A DNA stretch of 64,000 bases from Candidatus Krumholzibacteriia bacterium (GTDB taxonomy: Bacteria > Krumholzibacteriota > Krumholzibacteriia > JAJRXK01), in the NCBI GenBank assembly GCA_041484665.1, contig JBGPIA010000002.1, forward strand, positions 224,001 to 288,000. The letters are read 5' to 3'. The position numbers and the translations under genes are program-made. How positions within the stretch are numbered: position 1 is the stretch's first letter; every line of letters starts with the position of its first letter. Shown here in pieces: positions 38,670 to 48,265 of the stretch. The notes under the pieces were generated by a model that was given only the letters and a program-made list of their open reading frames with translations, was not told the DNA's origin and made no database searches.

Positions 38670-40097
38670 CTAGAACTGGAAGTACAGGAATGGGGTCTGA
38701 CGGAACGCGCCGAACGCCAGGATCAACGCCGCGAGCACCCCCGCGAAGCAGCCGCGAGAAACGACGCCCAGGCGCACCGGACCCGGGTTCTGGTAGTTCC
38801 TCGACTCGAACGCATCGAGCGCGCACATCACCGCGAAGAAGCCCGCGACCGCAGTCACCTGCGCGCCCGTGAAGACGCACGGAGTCTGCCAGTTGAACCA
38901 CTGCTTGCTCAACACCACGACATTGCGCAGGCCATGCACCCGGAAGAACACCCAACTCTGTAGCACGAAAGCAAAGGTCAGCAGCCATGACGTCGCCATC
39001 ACGGCGGGCCCCAGCCGGGCGGAGACCCGCTCGGCCAGACTCCTGCTCCGGAAGAAAAAGCGGTGGAAGACCAGTCCGATGCCCTGCCACCCGCCCCAGA
39101 AGACGAAGTTCCAGGCGGCCCCGTGCCAGAGTCCACCGAGCAGCATGGTCGTCATCAGATTGACATACGTGCGTCTGCTGCCACGGGCGTTGCCGCCCAG
39201 CGGAATGTACAGGTAGTCGCGAAGCCAGGAGGACAGGCTGATGTGCCACCGCCGCCAGAAATCCTGGATGTTGAGCGACGCATAGGGGGCCCGGAAATTG
39301 ACCATCAGGTCGATGCCGAACCACTTCGCGACCCCACGGGCGATGTCCGAGTAGCCCGAGAAATCGCAGTAAATCTGGATCGCAAAGGCCACCGTGCCGA
39401 CCAGCAGACTGGCAATCCCGACGTGAGCGGGATGCTGGTAAATGCGCTCGACGACCAGCGCCATGTTGTCGGCGAGCACGCTCTTGCGAAAGAACCCCAG
39501 CAAGACCAGCCAGAGGCCATGCTCGATATCCTCGGCGCGCAGTCTGCGCGGCGCGAGCATCTGCGGGAGCAGCCGCGCTCCTCGCTCGATGGGCCCCGCG
39601 ACCAGCTGCGGAAAGAACGACACAAAGGCGCCGAAGGCGATGAAGTCCTTCGTTGGCGCCACCTTTCCACGGTAGACGTCGATCGTGTAGCTCATGGTCT
39701 GGAACGTGTAGAAGCTGATTCCAACCGGCAAGATGATGTTCAACGTGGTCAGGTTGACATGCAGGCCGGCCGATTCCGTCAGACGGATGAGACTCTTGAC
39801 GAAGAAGTCGAAGTACTTGAAGAACCCGAGCAGGCTGAGCTGGCCGGTCACGCTGATGGAGAGCAAGAGACGCTTGGCACGTTGGGTGCCTGCCCGCGCA
39901 ATTCCCCGCGCCACGAAGTAATCGAGCACCATCGAAGCGCCGAGGAGGAACAGGAATCGCCAATCCCAAAACCCATAGAAGATGCAGCTCAGGACCAGGA
40001 TGACGAAGTTCTGCACCCTGAGTCGCTGATGGGCGGCCCAGTACACGACGAGGGCAATGGGGAGGAAGAGCGCGAAGGCGAGGGAGTTGAAGAGCAT
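38670..40097 (-). CDS. MBOAT family O-acyltransferase (AlgI/DltB-like)
   Basis: MLFNS, LPVGISFYTFQ.MSY.IDVY, FFPQLVAGPIER, DFSGYSDIA.G, FWRRWHISLSSWLRDYLYIPLGG and GLWHGA.W. Start ATG 40097. Confidence 0.95.
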   Translation of the reverse strand: MLFNSLAFALFLPIALVVYWAAHQRLRVQNFVILVLSCIFYGFWDWRFLFLLGASMVLDYFVARGIARAGTQRAKRLLLSISVTGQLSLLGFFKYFDFFVKSLIRLTESAGLHVNLTTLNIILPVGISFYTFQTMSYTIDVYRGKVAPTKDFIAFGAFVSFFPQLVAGPIERGARLLPQMLAPRRLRAEDIEHGLWLVLLGFFRKSVLADNMALVVERIYQHPAHVGIASLLVGTVAFAIQIYCDFSGYSDIARGVAKWFGIDLMVNFRAPYASLNIQDFWRRWHISLSSWLRDYLYIPLGGNARGSRRTYVNLMTTMLLGGLWHGAAWNFVFWGGWQGIGLVFHRFFFRSRSLAERVSARLGPAVMATSWLLTFAFVLQSWVFFRVHGLRNVVVLSKQWFNWQTPCVFTGAQVTAVAGFFAVMCALDAFESRNYQNPGPVRLGVVSRGCFAGVLAALILAFGAFRQTPFLYFQF

Positions 40098-40393
40098 GGG
40101 TCGAAGCGCACCGCGCGCGATGGCTGTCGGCCCCGGCCGGCCGGTTCGCGGCGCCGCCGGGCACACGCCTTCTGGCGACGGGCTAAACGCTCAGGGGCGC
40201 TGGCGTCGGTCTCGTTTCGGCTGGTGTCTCGGCTGCAGCTGGCGTCTCGGCTTCGGTCAGAATTGCTTCTGGCGTGGGTGACGCCGCTTCGGGTTGGACG
40301 TGCGAGCGCAACCCGCAAGGATAACCATCGAAGTCTCGCACACCCTGCCCCCCTGGTCAAGCGCCCGCAGGACCCTCGGAGTCCAACCCGTTG

Positions 40394-41143
40394 TCATTGC
40401 GTCTGGCACGCCGGCGCGGTCCCCAGCGTCGATTTGACCCAAGCCTCGATCGCAGTTGCCCAGATGCGATATCCGTCTTCACTGAGGTGCAGGAAATCCG
40501 GCATCAGCTCCCGGCGGATGCCCCCACCTCCATCCATGAACGCGGATCCGAAGTCGGCGTAGGAGATTCCCTCCTCGGTCGACCAAGTCTGCAGGATCTG
40601 GTTCACCTGCAGCGCCAGGTCTCGCTGCTCGTTCGGCTGCTCCCCGCGCGGAAACAGCCCGACCACCAGAATGCGGATTTGCGGAAACTCGGCGCGCAAG
40701 GCGTCCACGATCTTGCCGATTCCATCTGCGACGCGGCGAGGATCGTCGGCCGGACCGACCAGGTTGTTCGTCCCAATGAGCACCACTGCGGTCCGCGGGC
40801 AGATCCCGTCCAGGTTTCCGTTGAGCAGCCGCCAGAGACAGTGCTCGACGCGATCACTGCTGCACCCGAGGTTCCCAGCGGCCCTCGAGCCGTAGAACTC
40901 CTCCCAGACCCGCCGTCCCTCCCTCTGCCAGCACTCCGTGATGGAGTCCCCCACGAAGATCAGGTCGGGCCGAAGCCGCCGATTCTCGGCACTGATCGCG
41001 CGGAAGCGCTGCAGCGATCGGCCGGCGGGGCGCCTGGGTTGTACCGTGGAATCGCTCGGAGCGCCGCAGCCAGCCGCGACGACCGCCCAGCAGAGGAGCG
41101 CCAGTGCGCAGCCACGTCCCGCTACGGTCCAGCGTCCAGTCAC
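40394..41143 (-). CDS. GDSL/SGNH acetylhydrolase (PAF-AH IB-like), probable lipoprotein
   Basis: FVGDSIT, IGTNN and PDFLHLS..GY; VAAG-C lipobox. Start uncertain (GTG 41143 or 41233). Confidence 0.85.
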   Translation of the reverse strand: MTGRWTVAGRGCALALLCWAVVAAGCGAPSDSTVQPRRPAGRSLQRFRAISAENRRLRPDLIFVGDSITECWQREGRRVWEEFYGSRAAGNLGCSSDRVEHCLWRLLNGNLDGICPRTAVVLIGTNNLVGPADDPRRVADGIGKIVDALRAEFPQIRILVVGLFPRGEQPNEQRDLALQVNQILQTWSTEEGISYADFGSAFMDGGGGIRRELMPDFLHLSEDGYRIWATAIEAWVKSTLGTAPACQTQ

Positions 41144-41234
41144 CGCCCGTAATCGTCCGGCGCATCGGGCGAGCGCCTTTGACACAGGGCCGCACGCTGC
41201 CGGACGCCGCTCGTTGTTGGCCGATCGGTGCACG

Positions 41235-42710
41235 TCACCGGGCGACGCTCGTGCGCCCGCGCTGGATCCTACCTGCGATGCGTACGAGCGCCATCAGGAG
41301 CCCAAAGCGGAGCCAAACGAAATGCGTGCTCATGGGGTCCGTGATGTAGTCGGAGGTCAGCTCGTAGACGGCAAACATGACCAGGGTAGTATTCATCGCC
41401 AGCAGGAACTCGCGCAGGTCGACAGGAAGACTTCGATCGTTCATCGCGCGAGCGCTCAAGCGGAACAGGATCACCATGTACCAGATGAACGCGATCAGGC
41501 CGGGAATCCCGATCGTATACGGAAGGTGGAGATACAGGCAGTGGATCACGCGGGTGACGGGTCCACGGAAGGTTCCCAGTGGGACGACGATCCCGTGACC
41601 GACCAGCGGGCTATCGGGAATGGCGTGGAACGCCTCCTCCATCACGCCCCGGCGGCTCTGCGTGCTGCTGTCCTGGGGACCCAGCATCTCCAGGCGAGCG
41701 GTCATCTGCTCCGTCACCGGGGCGACGAACGGGAGCGCCAGCAGGAACACGGAGAATAGAATGAACAACACGGTGAGAAGCTGAGCCCGAGGAATGACGC
41801 GCGCCCCCAGGAATGTCATGTAGAGCACGCCCACCCCCAGCACGAGCACCGACATGCGCGTCGCGCTTCCGAGCATGCCGATCGCCAGGAGGAGGGCGCT
41901 GACGATCCAGTACATGCGTTCTGCCAGCGACTTCGCGCGCCGGAACAGGACGTAGTGGAAGATGAGCGACGCTGCGACGAACTCCCCGAACGGCGAGATG
42001 CCGGCGAACGATGCATACACGCGTGCCCGCTGCCCGATGTCGCCGGCGTACTCGGCGAGCTGCGCCGAGAACTGGAAGAACGACGGCAACCACGGCCGGC
42101 CGGGGAAGAGCGTCTGCAGCGTTGAGACCAGGCCCACGGAAGTCGCCGTGACCATGAACACACGGAGGATGACGTGGAACGTGCGGACGTTGTCCACGAC
42201 CTGGATCACGCCGTAGTACAAGCAGACCGCCGCGGCGAACGCACAAAGGCTCTTGCCGGCCAGCGCGTACTCCGTGGGAGCGAGTTGGTTGAGGCTCAGG
42301 ACCATCATCAGCGCGAGGCCCATGATGGCCAGGTCGGTGGGTTTGTAGAAGAACGGTGAGGCCAGCGAATATTGACGGCGCTTGGTCATGATCAGCGCGC
42401 TGATGGCGAGGATCATCAACGTCGACGACGACCCAACGCTGGTCTCCATCGGGTAGGGCAACAGCGTGATGGCGAACGCCAGCACACGGAGAGGGGACGC
42501 GATGATGGCCAGGCCCAGAAAGCCCACTCCGCAGAGGATCTCGACGCTCCGCTTCGAGGGGCGGATGACGAGGTCCGTCACGAGGACGCTGGTGGCGACC
42601 ACCAGCGCGGCCCCGCCGATCAAGCGCCAGATGCGGCTCGCTTGGCCCTGGCGGACGGGGCCGGCCAGCTCCCGGGGAATCCGGGTCGGAGGGCGGAGGA
42701 TCGGCGTCAT
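41235..42710 (-). CDS. O-antigen ligase / Wzy_C-family polymerase
   Basis: About 12 TM segments, R.YASF....FG, S.TR, R.......I...PL.GHG and H..YL.....GIPGL. Start uncertain (42710-42782). Confidence 0.82.
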   Translation of the reverse strand: MTPILRPPTRIPRELAGPVRQGQASRIWRLIGGAALVVATSVLVTDLVIRPSKRSVEILCGVGFLGLAIIASPLRVLAFAITLLPYPMETSVGSSSTLMILAISALIMTKRRQYSLASPFFYKPTDLAIMGLALMMVLSLNQLAPTEYALAGKSLCAFAAAVCLYYGVIQVVDNVRTFHVILRVFMVTATSVGLVSTLQTLFPGRPWLPSFFQFSAQLAEYAGDIGQRARVYASFAGISPFGEFVAASLIFHYVLFRRAKSLAERMYWIVSALLLAIGMLGSATRMSVLVLGVGVLYMTFLGARVIPRAQLLTVLFILFSVFLLALPFVAPVTEQMTARLEMLGPQDSSTQSRRGVMEEAFHAIPDSPLVGHGIVVPLGTFRGPVTRVIHCLYLHLPYTIGIPGLIAFIWYMVILFRLSARAMNDRSLPVDLREFLLAMNTTLVMFAVYELTSDYITDPMSTHFVWLRFGLLMALVRIAGRIQRGRTSVAR

Positions 42711-42889
42711 GGGCGTGTGCGAGCGGTTCGGGTGAGCTGGCATCGGAGCCAGCCGCGGCCGCGCCCGTGCATACCCGGCCACGGCGTCACCCGGCGTAAC
42801 TGTGAGTCGTCACTCTGCAGCACGTTTGAATCCTGGCTCCGCGGGCGTGGACGGGCACAACCCACGACCAACCCTCTGCGGCCCGACGA

Positions 42890-45439
42890 TCACGGCCGGT
42901 CGGGCACTGGCTCACCTGCAGTGGCCGGGTGGGGACTTTGGATCTCCACGACCCCGACGCTGGGCCCCGACCAGCGATCGCGGTCACTCAGATAATCACG
43001 CAGGTCGCGCCGCTGGCGCCAGACCGCCTCCTGCACGGTGAGCTCCAGCACGTAGCGGCCGGGCCGGACGTAGGGGGGAACCCGGATTTCCCGCACCTCG
43101 GACGCGCCCTCGGCCGGCCATTCCGTCGGCGGCCACACGCCGTCGAAGGGCACCCACGACCCGTTGAAACGCGCCAGGCTGCGCCCGCTGTCCTCGATCA
43201 GGAATTTGCGCACCAGCTTGCTCACCGGCGCCAGCACCCTGGGGACCGCTGGCATCGGCCCCTCGAAGCGCAGGTTGAACCGCTCCCAGCCCGGATGGAT
43301 CGTCCGTGCCGGGCCATGGGCGGGCGCGTACCAGATCTGCACCGCCAGCCTCCCCCCCGCCGCGACCTGCTCCTGCAACGGCCGGATGCCGACCACCGCA
43401 ATGCGGCTGCCGTCCACCGGTCGCGCCAGCAGTCCGGCCGGATCGAGGCCTGCAGGCCCCTGGAGTTGCAAGGATCGTGCGCCGGGTGGGGCCTGCCACG
43501 CCTGGGTCGGGGAGTGCAGGTCCCCTGCGTCGAACAGCTCCCAGCCTTCGCCCTGGCGGCGCGGTGGCACGCCCAGCCCGTGCAGCCACTGCACCAGCTC
43601 GCGCTGGGCGCCGTCGCTGGCCACGAACCCGAAGTCACCGACTCCGCTGATCGCCTCCACGCGCTCATTGATCAAGAGGTAGCGGGCGCCCAAGGAATCC
43701 AGCGCAGCGGTGATCCGCACCGGCGTACGCACCGGGCTGAACAGGGAACGATAGACCGTCAAGCGCCCCACGAGCCCCGTATCAACGGGGCTGGCGTGCG
43801 CCACGGGGTAGACCGGCATGGCTCCGCCGCGCAACCCGCGCACGGCGTAGCTGGTGCGTGGATCGGAGGCCACCCGCCCGTGCGGCAGCTCGTCGAGGGC
43901 CGCTGCCATGGCGGCGAAACGCCGCCATTCCACCGGGTTCGCCGCGTCCGGGCCCACCCGCAGTGCCTGCGCGGTCAGCCGCACTTCCGAGAGCAACAGC
44001 ACGAGCGCGAGGCCAGCGGCCAGCAGGCCGCGCGCGCGCGGGCGCGGCCGACCCGAGCTGCGCAGCGCCTGCGCGCCGAAGGCCAGCAGCAGGATCCACA
44101 ACGCCGGGGTCCAGGCCATCCGGCCCAGGCGCACCGAGAGGTAGCTGATCGCCGACCACGCCAACGGCTGCACCAGCGGATCCAGGCAAACGGTCCACAT
44201 CATCGCCGCGCCTGCGAGCGCTGCCAGCCGCCGCGGGCGCCTCCAGAATGATCCCGCCTGCAGCAGCACCAGCGGGAATGCCACCATCGAGCCCCATCCG
44301 CTCCAGTACGCAAGCACCAACGGGTCCACGACGAAGAGACCCCCACCCACGAACAAAGCGTCGGTCACGACCGCGTGAAGGCCGGCATTGCTGGCGCCGC
44401 GCTGCGTCAGCTGCGGCAGCATCAGCAGCGCGCCCAGCCCGGCCGCCCCCAGCAACGAGGCGAGCAGAGGCCGCGCGCGGCCGCGCGTCGCTGGGCGCAA
44501 CGCGCACAAGCCTGCCGCGTGCGCCACCAGCGCGCAGGTGGCCACCCAACCCAGCGGGTGCACGGGCGCTGTGAACGCGACGAGCGCGGGTCCCCGCCAC
44601 CGCGCGATCCGCGCTCCGGGCGCGCCCGGGTGCTCACCGCTGGCGTCGTCGGGGAGCCAGTCCTCGATCCAGGCCGCCAGCCCCAGCGCTGCCAGCGACA
44701 CGGCGATCTGTGCCGGATAGCCGGCTGACCAGACGCCATACGCCCGCCCGCCGGCACCGCCGATGGCCAGCAGCAACGCGGCCAAGAGTGCCCACGGCCC
44801 CGGCAGTCCGATCGCGACGAACAGCCACGCATGGGCCAACAGAAACAGCGGGCCCAGCGCCACCGGCGCGCGCGCCCACACGTCGGCCGGGTCGGCGCCC
44901 AGGCCGCGCGCCAAGAGCGCGTACACCCCGTGGGCGAGACCGAAGCGCGGATCGCTGCGTCGCTGCGTCTCGTCGAAGGAGTGGTCGGGCGGGCGCAGCT
45001 GCGCGGTGGAGAGAGCGTCGCGGATGGCCCCCAGATGGGCCGGCGCATCGGTGGCGATGTTGAGCGGAGGCGGCGTCGCGGCGATCCACGCGGACAGCAT
45101 CAACGTGACGAGCAGGGTGACCAGGGTCAGCCCGGGATCGGCCAGGCGCAGGCGTGACCGGCGCTCGCCGCGGCGCAGCGTGCGGCCCAGCGCCAGTCCC
45201 AGCGGCAGCACGAGGCTCACCGCCCACGCGGCGGCGCACGCTTGCAGGTGCACACCCAGCGCGTCCAGGACCACCGCCAGCCCCAGGTCGTGGAGCGCTC
45301 CGGCGAGGAGGATGCGCCCGGCGATGATGATTCCGCGCGCCGGCGCTGTCGCCCCACCGCCACGGCCCCCGGTGGCCCAGGACCAGAGGCCTCCGGGCGC
45401 GGCCGCCAGCAGCAGCCAGACCAGAGGCGTCGCCAGCAC
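42890..45439 (-). CDS. Large polytopic membrane protein, GT-C-like (paralog of 32230-34707)
   Basis: TD..AH...DPRFG.AH, GYP, SDP.TSY, SP.D, GARYLLIN and a C-terminal DYL.D.D.WSGP.VG. Start GTG 45439 with GGGAGG RBS. Confidence 0.6.
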   Translation of the reverse strand: MLATPLVWLLLAAAPGGLWSWATGGRGGGATAPARGIIIAGRILLAGALHDLGLAVVLDALGVHLQACAAAWAVSLVLPLGLALGRTLRRGERRSRLRLADPGLTLVTLLVTLMLSAWIAATPPPLNIATDAPAHLGAIRDALSTAQLRPPDHSFDETQRRSDPRFGLAHGVYALLARGLGADPADVWARAPVALGPLFLLAHAWLFVAIGLPGPWALLAALLLAIGGAGGRAYGVWSAGYPAQIAVSLAALGLAAWIEDWLPDDASGEHPGAPGARIARWRGPALVAFTAPVHPLGWVATCALVAHAAGLCALRPATRGRARPLLASLLGAAGLGALLMLPQLTQRGASNAGLHAVVTDALFVGGGLFVVDPLVLAYWSGWGSMVAFPLVLLQAGSFWRRPRRLAALAGAAMMWTVCLDPLVQPLAWSAISYLSVRLGRMAWTPALWILLLAFGAQALRSSGRPRPRARGLLAAGLALVLLLSEVRLTAQALRVGPDAANPVEWRRFAAMAAALDELPHGRVASDPRTSYAVRGLRGGAMPVYPVAHASPVDTGLVGRLTVYRSLFSPVRTPVRITAALDSLGARYLLINERVEAISGVGDFGFVASDGAQRELVQWLHGLGVPPRRQGEGWELFDAGDLHSPTQAWQAPPGARSLQLQGPAGLDPAGLLARPVDGSRIAVVGIRPLQEQVAAGGRLAVQIWYAPAHGPARTIHPGWERFNLRFEGPMPAVPRVLAPVSKLVRKFLIEDSGRSLARFNGSWVPFDGVWPPTEWPAEGASEVREIRVPPYVRPGRYVLELTVQEAVWRQRRDLRDYLSDRDRWSGPSVGVVEIQSPHPATAGEPVPDRP

Positions 45440-45440
45440 G

Positions 45441-45812
45441 CTACCTCCCAGTGCGGGCCACGAGAACGATCCCGGCACCGATCACCAGGATTCCCAGCAG
45501 CCGCGCCGGGTTCGGCGACTCGCCCAGCCAGGCCCATCCGGCGAAGAACGAGAGCACGTAGGACATGCTCATCATTGGATATAAGAGCGAGAGCTGCATG
45601 CGGCTGAGCAGGTCGAGCCACAAGAGCGTTGTAACGCCGAAGATGGCCAGGCCCAGCAGGATCCGCCAGCTCGTGGCCAGCTGCCCGATCTGGCGCGGCA
45701 GCTGCGGCGATCCCACGTCGATCGTTCCGATCCGGGTCAGACCGGTCTTCCACAGGATCTGCGCCGTGACCATGAGGCACAGGCAAGACGCCAGGAGGAT
45801 CCAGTTGCGCAC
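45441..45812 (-). CDS. Small EamA/SMR-type membrane protein (ArnE/ArnF-like lipid-linked sugar flippase subunit)
   Basis: 123 aa, four TM segments, AQ.L.K.G, W...LSR..LS..YP..S.SYV and GE. Confidence 0.82.
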   Translation of the reverse strand: MRNWILLASCLCLMVTAQILWKTGLTRIGTIDVGSPQLPRQIGQLATSWRILLGLAIFGVTTLLWLDLLSRMQLSLLYPMMSMSYVLSFFAGWAWLGESPNPARLLGILVIGAGIVLVARTGR

Positions 45813-45813
45813 G

Positions 45814-47100
45814 TCAGCTCCCAGGGTTGGGGGACGGGGGCACGGTCAGCAGCGGTCCGAGGGCGTCCAGCAACCGCGCGCGCAGCCCCCGGTTGGCGTA
45901 ACTCTCCGCGGCCAGGCGGTGGGCGTCAACGGCCAGCGCGCGGGCGCGCGGCGCGTCGGCCACGGCCAGCAGCGCCGACTGCCACTGCGGCGGACTGTCC
46001 GCCTGGAGGAAGTGGACGCCCGGGGTGGCGCCGCAGCCGCGCGCGGCGACCGGCGTGCAGATCGCCGGCCGGCCCCCGGCCATCGCTTCGAGCAGGCGGT
46101 AGCGCAGCCCTCCGGCGTAGCGAAGCGGAATCACCACGGCGTCGCATGCCGCGAGCTCGGCGCTCAGATCGTCCACCCAGCCCACCGCATCGGCGCTGCT
46201 CTGCGACACGAGCCGCGCCAGTGCGGCGCCCAGCCCCGCTCCCACGACGCGCAGTCGCGGTGCGGTCGCGTGCGTGCGCAAGGCCGGCCAGGTTTCGCGC
46301 AGGAACCAGTCGAGCCCGTCGCGGTTGAACGCCGCCTCCCAATGGCCGTACGTGAGCAGGCGCAGCGGCTCGCCGGCGGCCCGCGCGCGCGGAGGCGAGG
46401 GCTGCTCGGGCACGGGGATCGTCGCCGGCCATAGGCCGACCGTGGGCGCGCGGCCGCCCATGATCGCGGTGGCGGCCGTTGCGGGCATCGCACTCGAGCC
46501 CTCCACCACGCGACGCACCGCAGCGACGTCGTCCTGCGTTAGACACAGCAGGCGATCGCAGCTCTGGAACGCCTCACGCTCGGCGGTCTGCAGGCGGCGC
46601 AGGTCGCGGATGCCTGCGGGACCGGCCAGGCGGCGGCCGTCGGCCAACACCTGCTGCTCCACGTCGGAGAGGATCAGCGCGCGGCTGCCGGGTGCGCCCT
46701 CGGCGATCGCGGGCCATACGGTCCAGTAGACGCCCACCGAGACGGCGCCGGGCCACTGCTGCCGGCGCGTGCGGGCCAGCGCCCGCACGCGCGGCGTGGC
46801 GGTGAAGGCCAGCGCGCGCGGCCGCCCGCTGCGCAGCGCCCGCAGGTCGATGCGCAGGCGGCGCGCCAGGCGCGCCGGCGCGTCCTGGCGCACGAAGTCC
46901 AGGTCGAGATCGAGGGTGAACCCCTCGGACACCAGGCGCTCGCGCGCCTCGCGCTGCGGGCCGATGCAACGGGTGACCCAGGCGACCTCGCCGAGTGTGC
47001 GCAGCGCGCGCGCCACCTCCAGCTGCAGCCGGCGGCTGCCTTGATCCGGCGGCCACGCGAGCACCGGGGTCACCAGCACGAAGCGTGGATCAGGCGACAC
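45814..47100 (-). CDS. Glycosyltransferase family 4
   Basis: WPP..G.R, N.DGL.WF....WP and V.PLR..GG.R.R.LEAMA.G. Confidence 0.85.
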   Translation of the reverse strand: MSPDPRFVLVTPVLAWPPDQGSRRLQLEVARALRTLGEVAWVTRCIGPQREARERLVSEGFTLDLDLDFVRQDAPARLARRLRIDLRALRSGRPRALAFTATPRVRALARTRRQQWPGAVSVGVYWTVWPAIAEGAPGSRALILSDVEQQVLADGRRLAGPAGIRDLRRLQTAEREAFQSCDRLLCLTQDDVAAVRRVVEGSSAMPATAATAIMGGRAPTVGLWPATIPVPEQPSPPRARAAGEPLRLLTYGHWEAAFNRDGLDWFLRETWPALRTHATAPRLRVVGAGLGAALARLVSQSSADAVGWVDDLSAELAACDAVVIPLRYAGGLRYRLLEAMAGGRPAICTPVAARGCGATPGVHFLQADSPPQWQSALLAVADAPRARALAVDAHRLAAESYANRGLRARLLDALGPLLTVPPSPNPGS

Positions 47101-48265
47101 CGCGCGCGGCCTCCCCAGCGCCCTCCACGGCGCCCACTTCGCCGAACCAGGCTCCGTACTCCGAGAATGTGGCGGAAGTCATCCGCGCGAGCGTGTGGCG
47201 CGCCAAGAACATCGCCCGCGCGGCCCGTCCGTACTGCTCCCGGCGAAGCGGGCTGCGGGCCAGCTCGGCCAGCGCCCACGACAGCGCGCGGGGATCGTCG
47301 GGCTCGACCAACAAGCCGCTGCGTCCCGATGCGACGATCTCGGGGATTCCATCCACGGCCGTGGCCACCACCGGGAGCCCGTGCGCCATCGCCTCCAAGA
47401 GCGAGAGCGGCATGCCCTCGCGGCGGCTCGCGAGCACCACGACGTCGCAGGCCGACAGGATCGCGTGCACGTCGTCGCGCCGTCCGGCCAGTTGCACGCG
47501 GTCGCCCACGCCGCGGCCCGCGATGCGCGCCTCCCAGCGCTCCCGCTCCTCGCCTTCCCCCACCAGCCAGCAGGTGAAGGGCACGCCGTCCCGTTGCAGG
47601 ATTTCCGCCGCGTCGATGAGCAGGTCGCCGCCCTTGCGCGCATCGAGGGCTCCCACCTGCACGATGCGGCAGCCGCCGTGGCGCTCGCGCGCCGCCAGGT
47701 CGCCCGGCAGGAGGCGGCGCTGCTGCGCCGCGATCACGCCGTGCGGGTTGGGATCGGGCACGCCGTTGGGAATGGCCGACACTTGCGTCTCGCGGTAGCC
47801 GAAGACGCGCCGCAGCACCGCGGCGTGGATCTCACAGACGGCGATGGCGCGGTGGATCGCCGGCACCGCCGCGCGCTTGAGCCAGTAGCGCTTGCCCACG
47901 CGCCCCACGCTGGGGAGGTGCTCGGTCACCACCACCCGCGGCACGCCCGCCAGGCGCGCGACCAAGGGCGCGGCGGCCATCATGCCATCGTAGGGCCCGG
48001 GCAGGTTCACGTGGAGCAGCCGCGGGCGCAGGGTCAGCAGTACCGCCCGCAATTGCTGCCAACGCTGGTGCAGGGAGCCGGGCGCGATGCGCCGCACGGC
48101 GAACCCGTCGGCCTCCTGCTCGGCGATCCAGCCGCGTAGACCCGGGCCGTCCACGGCGATCAGGCCGAGGCGGTCGCGGCCTGCCGCCTGCAGGTGCCAG
48201 TGCAGGTAGCGCTCGGCGCCACCGGCGTACGGCGCGTCGCTGAGCAGCCAGGCCGGTGGCATCAC
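47090..48265 (-). CDS. Glycosyltransferase family 4
   Basis: GGAE, VTEH, IPNGV, RKG and REGMPLSLLEAMAHG. Start GTG 48265 or ATG 48262, overlapping the flippase stop. Confidence 0.92.
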   Translation of the reverse strand: MMPPAWLLSDAPYAGGAERYLHWHLQAAGRDRLGLIAVDGPGLRGWIAEQEADGFAVRRIAPGSLHQRWQQLRAVLLTLRPRLLHVNLPGPYDGMMAAAPLVARLAGVPRVVVTEHLPSVGRVGKRYWLKRAAVPAIHRAIAVCEIHAAVLRRVFGYRETQVSAIPNGVPDPNPHGVIAAQQRRLLPGDLAARERHGGCRIVQVGALDARKGGDLLIDAAEILQRDGVPFTCWLVGEGEERERWEARIAGRGVGDRVQLAGRRDDVHAILSACDVVVLASRREGMPLSLLEAMAHGLPVVATAVDGIPEIVASGRSGLLVEPDDPRALSWALAELARSPLRREQYGRAARAMFLARHTLARMTSATFSEYGAWFGEVGAVEGAGEAARGVA

